Assembly (NCBI GenBank): GCA_030141605.1
Contig: JAQGDQ010000891.1
Location: 1 to 64,000, forward strand
DNA length: 64,000 bases
From: Tubiluchus corallicola
Taxonomy: Eukaryota > Animalia > Priapulida
Reading direction: 5' to 3'
How positions within the stretch are numbered: position 1 is the stretch's first letter; every line of letters begins with the position of its first letter. Under the pieces are notes generated by a model. That model saw only the letters and a list, made by a program, of their open reading frames with translations, searched no databases and was not told the origin of the DNA. This document shows positions 1 to 14,408 of the stretch, in pieces. Made by a program: the position numbers and the translations under genes.

Positions 1-40
1 TGATGATGATGATAATGATGATGATGATGATGATGATGAC

Positions 41-99
<59 letters not shown>

Positions 100-103
100 C
101 GAC

Positions 104-151
<48 letters not shown>

Positions 152-152
152 C

Positions 153-249
<97 letters not shown>
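1..249. repeat. Compound microsatellite (GAT)n then (AAT)n
   Basis: Directly visible trinucleotide runs; ORF 3..332 is an artefact of them. Confidence 0.97.
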
Positions 250-251
<2 letters not shown>

Positions 252-748
252 GATGGCGTCGCTGTTTTTAATTGGGTTACATCCTGGCATGAATCCGCCT
301 CCCTACTAATCAGCGTAGTGCCTACAAAATGAGATTAATGAGTGAAAGGTGTAAACTAGCCGAAAAATGCTTTTCAAATCCCGAATGACTGACGCCGAAA
401 TCTGGAATCTCGTGCAAAATCCGAAAACTGACACCAAAAACCCGGTTACGCATAATTAGGGCGTCCCGCTTGCCCGAATCAGTCATTTTACTTGCTATTT
501 GACCGACACTTTCTTTACATTTTTACACGATGAGTTTGTGAGTGTCGTCAGTCAACATGTGTCAACCGGCTGTCCATTTCCGTGCTTTCAATCTTGGAAT
601 TTTTGAAACAATCCGAGATGAATCGTTCCGCTATTCGAGGGGAGGGGAGGGTTAATCCAAACCGAATCATGTGACAGTATGTGCTCCTTAGAGATGTTAT
701 ATTATTCACTTGATTAGCTAAACATTTGGTAGGTACGTGCATCACTAA

Positions 749-1106
749 ATGTGGTCAAAATTCTTCATTTTGTTAAGCAGCCTACTATGGTCAAAATTCT
801 TCATTTTGTTAAGCAACCTACTATGGTCTAAATTCTTCGTTTTGTTAAGCAGCCTACTATGGTCAAAATTCTCCATTTTGTTAAGCAGCCTACTATGGTC
901 AAAATTCTCCATTTTGTTAAGCAACCTACTATGGTCAAAATTCTCCATTTTGTTAAGCAACCTACTATGGTCAAAATTCTCCATTTTGTTAAGCAGCCTA
1001 CTATGGTCAAAGTTCTCCATTTTGTTAAGCAACCTACTATGGTCAAAGTTCTCCATTTTGTTAAGCAACCTACTATGGTCAAAATTCTCCATTTTGTTAA
1101 GCAACC
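749..1106. repeat. 36-bp minisatellite, ~10 copies
   Basis: Unit atggtcaaaattctccattttgttaagca(a/g)cctact repeated head-to-tail. Confidence 0.95.
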
Positions 1107-3129
1107 TGCTAATTAAATCAGCCTTCATACTGAAATATAAATCTTTTGGTCATCAAATAATTTAGCCGTCAAATCGCAACATCCGCTGCAGTCCAACTCA
1201 TTTTGCAAAACACAAGAATGGCAAAGAAATGTTTCTACATTAACAGCCAGGTGCATAGAAAGAGTGGAGAATCGCCAGGAGGTAATTCCCTAATTCCAAG
1301 CAACTGCAAGAGAAATAGATTATTCCTGGTATTTTCATACACGCACGCGTCCAGTTTTATTCAGGCAGACATGTTTTTGTACTAAGTACTGTAGCGCCAG
1401 AAATCAAAATAATTTAACCACGTTTGGGTAACTAGAGTTAAAAAAGTCTCAGAAAATGAAAACCAGAAAAACTAAAACGGCAAACACAGAGTGACTGATT
1501 CACTCAGTCTTTTACAAAAGCAGCAAGTTATAAAACACAGAAAATATATGGAATCCGATAATCTGAAACGTCAGTAAAATGTCTCTAATTGTATATTATG
1601 ATTTGACTTAGTCCTCTGCATATAAGCTTATATTGAACAGTCAATGAATTATCATTTAATCGGCAAGTATAAAAATAAGCAATGTTCATCTTTACCAACT
1701 TAAGCATTTGATTCATTCATTCACTCATTCATTCATTCGTTTGTTCATTCATTCATTCATCTATCCATCCATTCGTTCATTCAATTATCATTTATCAATA
1801 ACCAAGGTTGGAAACCCATGTTGTAAACTATGTTCGCCAGCACGAAATAATTTAGCTGGAAGTTAGCGTACTTTACGGATTGTTGGGACAATCTTATCAT
1901 CTCATCTTAAAGGAAAACCAGACCCAATCAATCTTAAACTGTAGGCCAAAACAATTTACTCTTTAAAATATTAAATGGAAACACACTATTTTTTTCGAAA
2001 ATGATTTACATGAAAGAATTATTACCTCACAAACACACAATTCGTGTACGCGCCCCTACTTCTTCGCTGTTACGTGCATTTCACCGTTCTCTAGTTAGGC
2101 GGGCACTAGTGCCTGCATTTCGAAACGTGTTGCACAAAAACAGGTGTTGTACCTCTCAGTTCAGATGTGTTAGTTTGTGACAACAGCTCATGCGTGAGCA
2201 CAGCGGTAAATTTGAAATTTTTATCTTAAAACTTGCCTAGTTTTAGTACAACACACTGAATATCTTACAGTAGCACTGTACTTCAATTTTCGCTTTCGGA
2301 AACACGTGCAACACGCTCGTTGAATATTGCTATTGAAAATTATGTTAGTTTGTGATGTCATCACTAGTTGCGCTCGCCTGCCGTTAATTAAGTTTTCAAT
2401 CTATTATTTAATTAGCAGAAACGCTTTTGCAGTATTAACTGTGTTAGAATGTATACTTTTTATTGGACTTGAAAATGGGGTCGTATATGAACAATCATCC
2501 TTTACTGATTGTAATTGTTGTGGATTTAAATATTGAATTTGGAATTTAATTATTTAGTATATTAATTTATCTGCATTTTTATATTACCTCACAAGAAGCT
2601 TGCTGCATTAATAACCTTGATTTTAGCACTCATTTTAATGTTACATCGCTGTAAATAATATTATCTGCATTTTAATGTTACATCACCACAATCCTGGTAC
2701 AGATTATGCAAAACAAGACATCATTGATAAATCTTTAGACCTGATGTCAACATAGCGCAATCTATTATCTTTCTTCCTACTATTTCCACTAACACATCCT
2801 TCTACCCTTCCTGTGTGATCTAACCTTTCTCCCAGTCCTTTTTTTTTGTTCACTCATTCATTCTTTTTTTATCGGGTTCACATGACAGTGGGCTTATACA
2901 AGCCTTTGCTTCTCTAGCCCACTGCAGTACAATTATTCTTTTATGATAACGATAGTGTATGAAACATAAAAATTTAATATAGTAGATGTAATATTTTGAT
3001 GTCACTGTGTGCTTAATGTCATTGTATTGTACTGAATGTGATAATAATAACAAATAAAATAAATAAATACGCACAAGTTAAAAACTTTAGAATGCGTAAA
3101 TTTAATAATGCAGAATTCACTCTAGTGTC

Positions 3130-3508
<379 letters not shown>

Positions 3509-3905
3509 AGATTCCTTTAAGTGATCGTAATTATCATGTTTCCCATACTCCAAGTATCAGCGTACCATTGATTAAGTGCAACACCAAGGAATTGCAAACA
3601 CTCTTCAAATAAACCCATCGCCTGTACACGAGGAAACACGAATTCCTTCTAGACGGAAGTGCTGCGGATATTATAGGCTTTTCCCAGTAATGTACTAACA
3701 CAAAAAATAAACAGACCGAACGTTCCTAAGACCTGGAAAATTCCCGGTATTATTCTTCTCTCCGGCCTCTTCTGTTATTTGTTGAAAATCTTCAGGGATT
3801 CTTCCAAGTGTTGTTATTCTTGTTTTATCCCGGCAAAGACCATCTCGTGCGCGTTGGATCTTACACATGTAGGCGAAAGTATAAAATGCTCACTGTGTTA
3901 TGGAA

Positions 3906-4290
3906 ATGTGGACGTATGTGGACGTATGTGGATGTATGTGGACGTATGTGGACGTTTGTGGACGTACGTGGATGTATGTGGACGTATGTGGACGTTTGTG
4001 GACGTACGTGGACGTATGTGGATGTATGTGGACGTTTGTGGACGTACGTGGATGTATGTGGATGTATGTGGATGTATGTGGACGTATGTGGACGTTTGTG
4101 GACGTACGTGGATGTATGTGGACGTATGTGGATGTATGTGGACGTATGTGGACGTATGTGGATGTATGTGGACGTATGTGGACGTACGTGGATGTATGTG
4201 GACGTATGCTGACGTATGTGGACGTATGTGGATGTATGTGGACGTATGTGGATGTATGTGGACGTATGTGGACGTATGTGGATGTATGTG
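3906..4290. repeat. 10-bp minisatellite tgtgga(c/t)gta, ~38 copies
   Basis: Directly visible tandem array. Confidence 0.95.
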
Positions 4291-6051
4291 AACGTCACAC
4301 AAATGACACAAGTCGTAACACAAAAGCAATGCAGTTTAACGAACCACGTATTTATCACTTAACGTACAAAAAACCTTTACGTATATAAAGTTAAAAAAAA
4401 TTGACTTGAAATTTTGTATCGCTGCGTTATTGCGCCAAGAGCTTGCGTCAGCACCAACGCTGACACGCCGTATAAAACTTTAAAATTTAAATTCCTGTGA
4501 TAACTTTTAAAGAACAAGAAAAGGGGTACCTGAAGCAGGTTTCAGAAAAAATCGCCTTAAAAATTGTACCACTTTACAACCATTTTATGCATATATCGTA
4601 CTCGCGTTGAAAGGAATTTTTGTTTGTTTTCATTCTAAATCTTCCACAATACTCTTCCGACATGACGTCACTATGCAAACGTAAATGAGGGGAAGAAAAG
4701 GCAATATTAAATTATGTCCCAAAAAATTTCAATACAAATTTATATTACTTAGCATTTCGCTAAGCTGCTGTAACTAGAATATTATATTATAAGCCTAGGA
4801 TATCACATGGCACGCCTTTACAATATGTTCTCATTTGCTATTCAATTCAACGTTATCATTTTTATACACTGGTCATTTTTAGATACGGGTCATTAAGTAA
4901 TTGCTGTTTTGTTTACTGAATTGTGTTTTTCGTTAATGGCTGTTTTTTTGTTTATTATTGTTTATTTATTTCACGTCAACACAAATACACAATTAATACA
5001 TTAAAAGAAACAAAAAGTTATCAATAATTCAATGAATAACAAAAAGTAAGATACACAATAGGAAGCAAATTTTGGAAAAAATGATTTAAACTGTCTTTAG
5101 ACGTAGGTCAACCTATGTTAAACAAAGATAGTGATATCGCTACTTCCTTTAATACTGGTGTCTAAACAACGTTATGTACAGCATCATTACAAATATACTA
5201 ACTTGACTCTCAAAACACTGTAGGGTTGAAATACAAACAGGAAAATTATCGCCGTTGTATGTTGCTTAGTAAATTCGTATACAGTTTACTTTGAGCACAT
5301 AACTAGTTTAGATATATCATAGTTTAGGTTTGCTAAATATACAAAAAGCAGGGCTTGTTAGATTGTCTCACACTGTGAAAGAAAAAAAAGTAAAAAAGTA
5401 ATGAAAATAATCTGAAAATTTATATTATAGGCTAGTTCGCTTTCGTGTTTGTCAGGCATAATTAAGGCTCTTGGTTAAATTAGTCATTAATGTATTATAT
5501 GACCATGACTTTAACACACACAAAATGCCAGAATGTACAACAATGACTTTTAAAAATACTCAATCAAATTTGCTTATTGGGTGAATTAATGTCAAGCTAT
5601 TTTGTTTCTAAAAGTTTCTAAAAATTTGAAAAGCAAAGGAAGCCGCGTTCACACTTGTATGATTACACCATGCAGCCAAGTCAGACTTGGCGAATATTTG
5701 GCTTCCAAACGTAAGCAAAAGCAGGCGTTTTCTACAGGGCTGGTTCATCGGTCATCTCGGTCCAATTGGCCCAATGAGCTGACAGCATCTCGCTTCTGTA
5801 CTAGAGCAATAAACATTCATTTTTCAAATGCTTTCTGCAATAAACAGCTGTAGTGTGCCCATAGCAAGGCCATAATGTATCCAACAATTGATCATATAGT
5901 AATATGGACTTTATGGAACTCGAGTGAATCATTATTTTACAGCCGTGATGTGTAAGAGTGATTACAGTTTCGCCAAGTTCTATAAGAAATTGATTTCGCG
6001 TGTAAGGAAAGTTAACTCCGAGTCTGAATGAAGGTTGAACTCAACTATTAT

Positions 6052-6471
6052 TAAGGGTGAGCATCGAACGTTCGAGTTCGAACGTTCGAATCGAATTCGA
6101 ACGAGTTTTTTAGTGCGAGCTCGATTCTACTCCAAAACTATAGATTCGAATAATTCAGCACTTCAATCACATATGCTCTTTATCACTAAAACGATCGAAA
6201 CAGCATGCAATTAGCATAAGTTAGCTGTGATTTCTGTGCACAATTTTAAAGAAATTACTAGTCGTTTTATTGCAGAACAAAATCTAGTGAAATCCATGAT
6301 CTTTGTAAGACTAATTTTTGCTGGTGGTTCGAAAACTTGTTCGAAAATCTTTCGATCTAAATTCGAATTCGGTTCGAATTCGAAACACTGAAGTTCGGTT
6401 CGATTCGAATTCGAAACACTGAAGTTCGGTTCGATTCGAATTCGCTTTCTGGTAGAGAATGCTCACCCCTA
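6052..6471. mobile_element. hAT-like MITE (TTCGAA-rich family), copy 1
   Basis: TIR ta(a/g)gggtgagcat...atgctcaccccta; perfect 8-bp TSD actattat (6044-6051 / 6472-6479); second copy at 61377-61760. Confidence 0.9.
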
Positions 6472-6581
6472 ACTATTATGATTCTACTAAGAATTTCACA
6501 GCAATTAAACAGGACATGATTAAGCACCAGTTAATAAACTAACACGAATATTTATTCTTTGTCAACAGCTGATCATTTTAC

Positions 6582-7343
6582 TTAAAGGAAAAACCAACCA
6601 TCGAACAACATTTATTGCATTTTAATGTACAATTAAAAATATTGGAATCACCATACAATGTATGCGCATAGAATGTTTTACTTAAAAATGTAAAAGAAAT
6701 TTAAATATTTTTTGTATTTCCCGCCAAACGAAAATCGTCTCCGTCATTGGTAATGGCGTAATCTGGTGTCTGCTGGGCAGCGTGAATGCTGTGAACGCAA
6801 GCTGTGAAGTCAAGCTGTGAGAAAGGTACCCGTTGAGAAATTTCTACAGTTCACTCAGAAGTTCAGTTATTCTAGCGTTGTATTTAACTGTGTTTATGTA
6901 AAAATTGGTCATTGGATCAATTACGATCAAGTTTAAAGTGGTTACGTAGCTTTAATCCACAGGATTATACCGTAAAATGCGTAAGTAGCATGCATTAACT
7001 TTGTAAATGTAATTATACAGACTTTTGTTGACTTTCAGATACGCAAATGTACTTAAAAGAGCATATAGTACGTACCGGGTTACTTAGTTTATAGAGTTCA
7101 CTCTATAACTCAGCCTAGGAATTGTTGAAGCACCTGGCAGAATAACAGTTCATATTGCACGGAAACCGGATGACGCCATTTTTCGTCTAAAATGAGGACG
7201 CCCAAGCGTGATGACGGCAACTTTAAGTTGACTCTGCTAATTATACGAGGCGCTTATCACAATTTTATTGTTGAAGCTTTCTAACATTTTTCTCCAATAT
7301 TAGAATAAGCTCAACTTCCCGAAAGACTTGACTTTTGCTTTAA
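6582..7343. mobile_element. Kolobok-like non-autonomous DNA transposon (TTAA-flanked)
   Basis: Begins ttaa-aggaaaaa, ends cttttgct-ttaa; its right end matches (reverse complement) sequence starting near 46611 (ttaaaggaaagatcaagcc...gaaaaatgttagaag). Confidence 0.5.
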
Positions 7344-7735
7344 CGTTTGCTAATATCACGTTAAGTAAGTAGACATGAATTGAAGCAAAGAATTATGACA
7401 CATTCTGGATATTAAATCATTCTGGGATTCTAACGAACCAAATGAGGTTTACTGTACTTCTAATGGTGACTAGGTTGTGTGTTGGTCCTCTAGATTTTGA
7501 GGTACATCTAAAAGCAATAATCCAGCAATAACCAAGATTAATACAATTTGCGCTGAAAACTAAGAAGCAAGCTCACGAAGGCCACCCATATTAGGAGTGA
7601 ATATTATATTCCTAGTAGTGAGAAAGAGTTATAAAGGTGTTATTAATTAAATAATTAAATTTAAACTAAAGTAGGGTACAAAAACTTGATGAGATGTTTT
7701 AACCCTTTACTAAGTAATTGTGGAAGGGCATCACC

Positions 7736-8776
7736 CGATTAGTAATAACTGTGCAGGTGTGTACTGATTAGTAACAACTGTGCAGGGTGTACCGATTAGT
7801 AACAACTGTGCAGGTGTGTACTGATCAGTAACAACTGTGCAGGTGTGTACTGATTAGTAACAACTGTGCAGGTGTGTACAGATTAGTAACAACTGTGCAG
7901 CTGTGTATTGATTAGTAACAACTGTGCAGGTGTGTACTGATTAGTAACAACTGTGCAGGTGTGTATTGATTAGTAACAACTGTGCAGGTGTGTTCTGATT
8001 AGTAACAACTGTGCAGGTGTGTACTGATTAGTAACAACTGTGCAGGGTGTACCGATTAGTAACAACTGTGCAGGTGTGTACTGATCAGTAACAACTGTGC
8101 AGGTGTGTACTGATTAGTAACAACAGTGCAGGTGTGTACAGATTAGTAACAACTGTGCAGCTGTGTATTGATTAGTAACAACTGTGCAGGTGTGTACTGA
8201 TTAGTAACAACTGTGCAGGTGTGTACTGATTAGTAACAACTGTGCAGGTGTGTACTGATTAGTAACAACTGTGCAGGTGTGTACTGATTAGTAACAACCG
8301 TGCAGGGGTGTACTGATGAGTAACAATGCAGGGGTTTACTGATTAGTAACAACTGTGCGGGTGTGTACTGATTAGTAACAACTGTGCAGGTGTGTATTGA
8401 TTAGTAACAACTGTGCAGGTGTGTACTGATTAGTAACAACTGTGCAGGGGTGTACTGATTAGTAACAACTGTGCAGGGGTGTACTGATTAGTAACAACTG
8501 TGCAGGGGTTTACTGATTAGTAACAACTGTGCAGGGGTGTACTGATTAGTAACAACTGTGCAGGGTGTACTGATTAGTAACAACTGTGCAGGTGTGTACT
8601 GATTAGTAACAACTGTGCAGGGGTGTACTGATTAGTAACAACTGTGCAGGGGTTTACTGATTAGTAACAACTGTGCAGGGGTGTACTGATTAGTAACAAC
8701 TGTGCAGGGTGTACTGATTAGTAACAACTGTGCAGGGTGTACTGATTAGTAACAACTGTGCAGGTGTGTACTGATT
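7736..8776. repeat. 29-bp minisatellite, ~36 copies
   Basis: Unit ctgattagtaacaactgtgcaggtgtgta, contiguous, no spacers. Confidence 0.97.
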
Positions 8777-10356
8777 TTGTAGTTCCTATTTTCATGTTAT
8801 TCATGCTGACATAAATTTTACATTATATAATTTACAGTAATTCTTACAGCAATTTAAATGTTCAATTCAATTCACTTGAAATGATACAAAAGCATTTTGA
8901 GTGAGAGTCTAGATCATGGTGCCATCGGGTCGGCTCGTAAAAAGGTTATTATATTTTCTCAATGCTCTTAGTTTGTCACGCAAGTTACATTGTGTAATGC
9001 ATTGAATTTTCTATTCTGGTTTTGTTCGTAACTATTACGCATACGCGTGCTTAATAATGTTTTGTACATCTGTCAAAGGCAAAGAACCACAGTTGTCTGT
9101 CATGTTGTTATTAGTATAGTAGAAAGTTGGTGCCAAACTTTTTCAGTACAACATAAATGTACTGATTTTCCCTTTTGCTAACTACAATAATAAGCTAACT
9201 AGCAAAGGCCCCGCAAAAAAATTGCATGTAAATACACGTATAATCAATAATGCGCGAACATCCTACGTAGCCCTCACTTATAACGCAAAGCCAGCAGCAG
9301 GTTTTACTGAATTAAAGTTATAAGGTTATAGACAAAGTACAATGGATGACGTCAGAACAATGGCTTTGCGTCAGCAGTTTCCTAAGCGAAAATTGCCGAA
9401 AATAGAACATATAATTAACTCGTCGGCACTCCTCTTGGTGGACCTGTCCTAACATATGGCCCACAACATCGTGTAGCCTTGTTCTTCCTCTTTCTAAAGA
9501 GCCATATATCTCCTTTCGAGAGTCCCACCAGGCGCCGCTAGAACGTTTTTTCCGCAGACTGTTTGGTCAAAATTTCGAAAAAATCGCGAGTGGGGTCCGG
9601 GAAAATCGCGAGTGGGGTCCGGTGGTGGTGGTGGTGGGAGTAGTAGTAGTAGTAGCGATATTATAGTATTTTAGTACAATAATATCTTTATATGAACTCT
9701 GAACTATGATATTTTATTTCACACATAAAACACATAATGTTTCACACATTAGTTTATATGAATCATTCATCAGTCCATCACCACCCCTTCAGCAATTAAT
9801 GCACATGATGTTGTAAAGTGTAAACGCGTTAAAATCTTGCCCCAAGGCAGCCATTATGAGAGAAAACACTTCTTCTTTCTCATGAATTTATTAAAAGGTT
9901 TTTCAAACACTTCTTGCGATCATCAATTAGAAAACTATGTGGCGGGGAGCGGCGCTAAAACGACGGTGTCCCCGGGGCAACCAGAAGCGGAAATTGCTCC
10001 ATTAACTATTGCGTGTACGGCAGAATTTGAAGAGCCACGATGTTTCAACTTTGTGGCGGGTTTCCTCTTCTGTTGTGAACTCACCGAAACACCCTAGGAT
10101 GAGAACGGTCTCCTCTAAAATATTCATGTAAAAGCTGCGAAGCCATCCGTTCCGCATGAGTAAATTCAAACACAGGTTAGGCGAAATTCGGTAAATAAAC
10201 GATCTGCTGAAATAAGATCAGTTTTTAATTTCATTTTGATGCGCTAATATTTGCTCTTTTCTCTGACCTTTTGGAGCGGGTTTACTGGAAACGAGTGAAG
10301 TCGAGGTGTGGATTGGGTGGGTGAGTCCAGAAGTGGGTGGCCTAGTGGACTAGATT

Positions 10357-10974
10357 CAGCGGCGGATTATGATTTTATGGGCCTTAGGCTTGAGCTTGAA
10401 ACGGGCCTTTTGCTACACTGCTGAGCTGACGTGTTTTTGTGGAGCTCTCGTCGTTTGTAAGTTTGTTTAATTTTGCGAGTTTTTGTTTACATATGTGTTA
10501 GAATGTACTTGTGTATGATGGTTTCAAACTGCAGTGGGGAACGATCATTCTCTGCTCTGAAAAGGATAAAAACTTATTTACGGTCATCTCTAAAGGATGA
10601 CAAATTAAACAATTTATCACTGATGCATATTGAGTCAGATATGTTGAAAAAATGGACTTTTCAGAAATTATAACTGACTTTGCCCCCAGAAAAATTCGGA
10701 AACTGAAATTTTGAACTTAAACTTAAACTGTGTAAACGTGAATTGTGTAAACTTAAATTGTGTAAACTTGAATTGTGTAAACCCGATTTGAAATACAGTG
10801 ACTGACTTTTGAAAAAAAAACTTTTTTCTATATTTTATTTTGGCGGGCCCCTTGCTCTTTTGTCAATTTATTTTTTTTTACAAAAAAATTTTTTTTCGTT
10901 TTATTTTTCCGGGCCCCTTTTGATCCCGGGCCTTAGGCTTCAGCCTATTCAGCCTATAGGGCTATCCGCTACAG
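10357..10974 (+). mobile_element. Internally deleted hAT transposon retaining the transposase C-terminal dimerisation domain (ZMYM1-like)
   Basis: Perfect 8-bp TSD actagatt (10349-10356 / 10975-10982); TIR cagcggcggat...atccgctacag; translation SNCSGERSFSALKRIKTYLRSSLKDDKLNNLSLMHIE, with a frameshift in an A-run near the end. Confidence 0.92.
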
Positions 10975-12333
10975 ACTAGATTTCGGACTGCAAATAACCC
11001 GATCTCGAGTTCGAGGCTAACAGCTGTCTGATTGTTATTCGTTCTTTGTGTGTTGCGTCCGTAGCAACATTCGTCGTTAGTGTTAATGTTGTCTGTTCTT
11101 TGTCTTTTGTCTTTGTGGAGCTTTTAGTGAAATCCGAAAATTTCCGGTAAAACTTGATTGAAAAGGTAAGAGAAAATATTTCAAGTTTTAAGGAAATTCT
11201 AAAGAGTAGGCGCATCCAAATGCTCAGCAAGGACTTACAATAAAAAACTATCAATTTCTGATTCAGTAACATCGACCAAAATGCAAAAAAGGTGTGGCAT
11301 TATTTGATCAGAATGAGATGTAAACTGAATGGAAACTATGGAAACGAGGGAAACTAAAAAGCTCTCTTTTTATTTGAAGTTTTCTAAAACAGTTTTCAGT
11401 TATAACTATAGTACTACAGACAGCATGTGAAATAGTCGTAGTTATGGACAACGAATGAATGATGATGATGAAGAAGAAGAAGGTAGTCGGAATGCGCATC
11501 TTATAAACAGCGCAATCGTCTAAAATTGTTCAGCTACATCCTACATCGGGTTTTTACGGAAGTGGTTCTAGCAAGCCTCTTCCGGGTAGCCTTCTATTTC
11601 ATTACTTATTTGCCATGTTTACTCATCTTTTTTTTGTTTACCTAGAACGATAGTTTAGGTCTGTTTACTTTGCTGCAGTCCGTGAAACAAAATTCAATAT
11701 TTCTTGGAAAAGTGAGTCGCAAATTTTCCATTTGAAAACAACATGAAGAACTTTCCGTACTTGTGGTCTCAAGTGTACGGGACATGCCATCTTGATATAA
11801 CTATTCAATTTTGTACACTTCACGCGTCTCATTCGGACAGGCAATAACATGGTCGTTTTAAGCGTCTTCTTAATAGAATCGACGGCAGCGTTGATATTCG
11901 TGTTTCGTAGTCCGAATTTGCGTCAGACAATTTGCAAGTTGATGGCGGCTCGGAAAGCTTGGGAATCCGCACGGTAATTTACCGAGGAAAACAGCAACGT
12001 GAGGCGACATGATTCTTATCTAGCACAAGTTTTTAGGGTGTCTTAAAACACTAACTTCCTGCCACTTGCTGCTTGGACCTCTACTGGTGCTCCCTGTCGG
12101 CGATGTTTGTCTCTTCATGTTCTTCATCTTGTAATGTTGGTAAATCTAATTCATCTCATCCGGGTTGCAGTGTCAACATCAATGAGGGAAAAAATGTGAC
12201 GCTTGTCGCGTATTGATTCACAAGCTGTTACACTTCAGAAATGTCTGATGAACTGCATGGTGGTGTTGATGATGTCTTGGCTTTAAGTACACGCATTTAT
12301 TACACAATCAGCTTAGCTTGTTGTCACAGACAC

Positions 12334-13179
12334 GGGCATGCGAAGCCCTATTTTCACTGAACAACTGCAGAATTACATAACAAGGAGTTCTGGGCATGGG
12401 AAGCCATATTTTCACTAAATAACTGCATAACTACATAAGAGTTTTGGGCATGGGAAGCCCTATTTTCAGTAAACAACTGCATAACTACATAACAAGGGGT
12501 TCTGGGCATGGGAAGCCATATTTTCACTAAACAACTGCATAACTACATAAGAGTTTTGGACATGGGAAGCCCTATTTTCACTAAATAACTGCATAACTAC
12601 ATGACAAGGAGTTCTGGGCATGGGAAGCCATATTTTCACTAAACAACTGCATAACTACATAACAAGGAGTTCTGGGCATGGGAAGCCATATTTTCACTAA
12701 ACAACTGCAGAATTACATAAGAGTTTTGGGCATGGGAACCCATATTTTCACTAAACAAGTGCATAACTACATAACAAGGAGTTCTGGGCATGGGAAGCCA
12801 TATTTTCACTAAACAATTGCATAACTACATAAGAGTTTTGGACATGGGAAGCCCTATTTTCACTGAATAACTGCATAACTACATGACAAGGAGTTCTGGG
12901 CATGGGAAGCCATATTTTCACTAAACAATTGCATAACTACATAAGAGTTTTGGACATGGGAAGCCATATTTTCAGTAAACAACTGCATAACTACATAACA
13001 AGGAGTTCTGGGCATGGGAAGCCATATTTTCACTAAACAACTGCATAACTACATAACAAGGAGTTCTGGGCATGGGAAGCCATATTTTCAGTAAACAACT
13101 GCATAACTACATAACAAGGAGTTCTGGGCATGGGAAGCCATATTTTCACTAAACAACTGCATAACTACATAACAAGGAG
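12334..13179. repeat. 58/54-bp minisatellite, ~15 copies
   Basis: Unit gggcatgggaagccatattttcactaaacaactgcataactacataa(caaggagttct or gagtttt). Confidence 0.95.
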
Positions 13180-13395
13180 CAATTATGCAAAACATGGATG
13201 AGTACGTTCAGGATTCCATCGTGAAAAACACATTTTCGAAGTTTAGTTTTATTGACTAGTATGTTGATATATAGTTACTACTCTTTAAGTACTTGTTATT
13301 GAAAGTGAAAAGGCAGCCATAGAGTTTTTTAATATGAATATATAAACAAGTGAAGTAAACTTGCTTGAAGTGTTACCGAGAAAAAGGTAAACAAA

Positions 13396-14071
13396 ATTGT
13401 CGAAGACGCGACATTGTTGAAGACGCGACATTGTTGAAGACGCGACATTGTCGAAGACGCGACATTGTTGAAGACGCTACATTGTCGAAGACGTGACATT
13501 GTTGAAGACGCGACATTGTCGAAGACGTGACATTGTTGAAGACGCGACATTGTCGAAGACGCTACATTGTCGAAGACGCGACATTGTCGAAGACGCTACA
13601 TTGTCGAAGACGCGACATTGTCGAAGACGCGACATTGTCGAAGACGCGACATTGTCGAAGACGCGACATTGTCGAAGACGCGACATTGTCGAAGACGCGA
13701 CATTGTCGAAGACGCGACATTGTCGAAGACGAGACATTGTCGAAGACGCGACATTGTCGAAGACGCGACATTGTCGAAGACGCGACATTGTCGAAGACGC
13801 GACATTGTCGAAGACGCGACATTGTCGAAGACGCGACATTGTCGAAGACGCGACATTGTCGAAGACGCGACATTGTCGAAGACGCGACATTGTCGAAGAC
13901 GCGACATTGTCGAAGACGCTACATTGTCGAAGACGCGACATTGTCGAAGACGCGACATTGTCGAAGACGCGACATTGTCGAAGACGCGACATTGTCGAAG
14001 ACGAGACATTGTCGAAGACGCGACATTGTCGAAGACGCGACATTGTTGAAGACACAACATTGTTGAAGACG
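13396..14071. repeat. 17-bp CpG-rich minisatellite, ~40 copies
   Basis: Unit acattgtcgaagacgcg; generates the spurious six-frame ORFs at 13.3-14.1 kb. Confidence 0.97.
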
Positions 14072-14324
14072 TGTGTCAAAGCGACATTTAATAGAGGGTT
14101 AATAATTTCCGAGACGTACCAGGTTTAATACAGTTTACAGTAGAATACAATAGTAATGTTTTATAAGTGCCAGTTTCAATAACCCAATAACATTTATTCG
14201 AGATCACGTTTCTGATGCACTTCTTGCATAATCGTTTGACCACCGTCCGAAAAAAAATTACCAAGAAAATAAAAAACTGAAGCGCGTACGTAACTCTTTG
14301 TTTCAGGACAAGTCTGTATAAATA

Positions 14325-14334
14325 ACATAACAAC

Positions 14335-14368
<34 letters not shown>

Positions 14369-14408
14369 ACAATAACAACAACAATAACAACAACAACAAC
14401 GACAACAA
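14325..14408. repeat. (CAA)n microsatellite
   Basis: Directly visible. Confidence 0.95.

Noticed and set aside
7736-8776. CRISPR-like array (29-bp repeat; also the 36-, 25- and 45-bp arrays)
   Set aside because: Units are contiguous with no unique spacers, there are no cas genes, and the context is eukaryotic.
11500-12300. GC-richer stretch that might be a decayed coding or TE fragment
   Set aside because: No sustained ORF or motif that I can recognise; it needs a BLASTX/Dfam search.
13329-14128. Long ORFs in all six frames
   Set aside because: Artefact of a stop-free 17-bp tandem repeat; the same applies to ORFs at 3-332, 745-1165, 3122-4388, 34394-34803 and 43530-44274.
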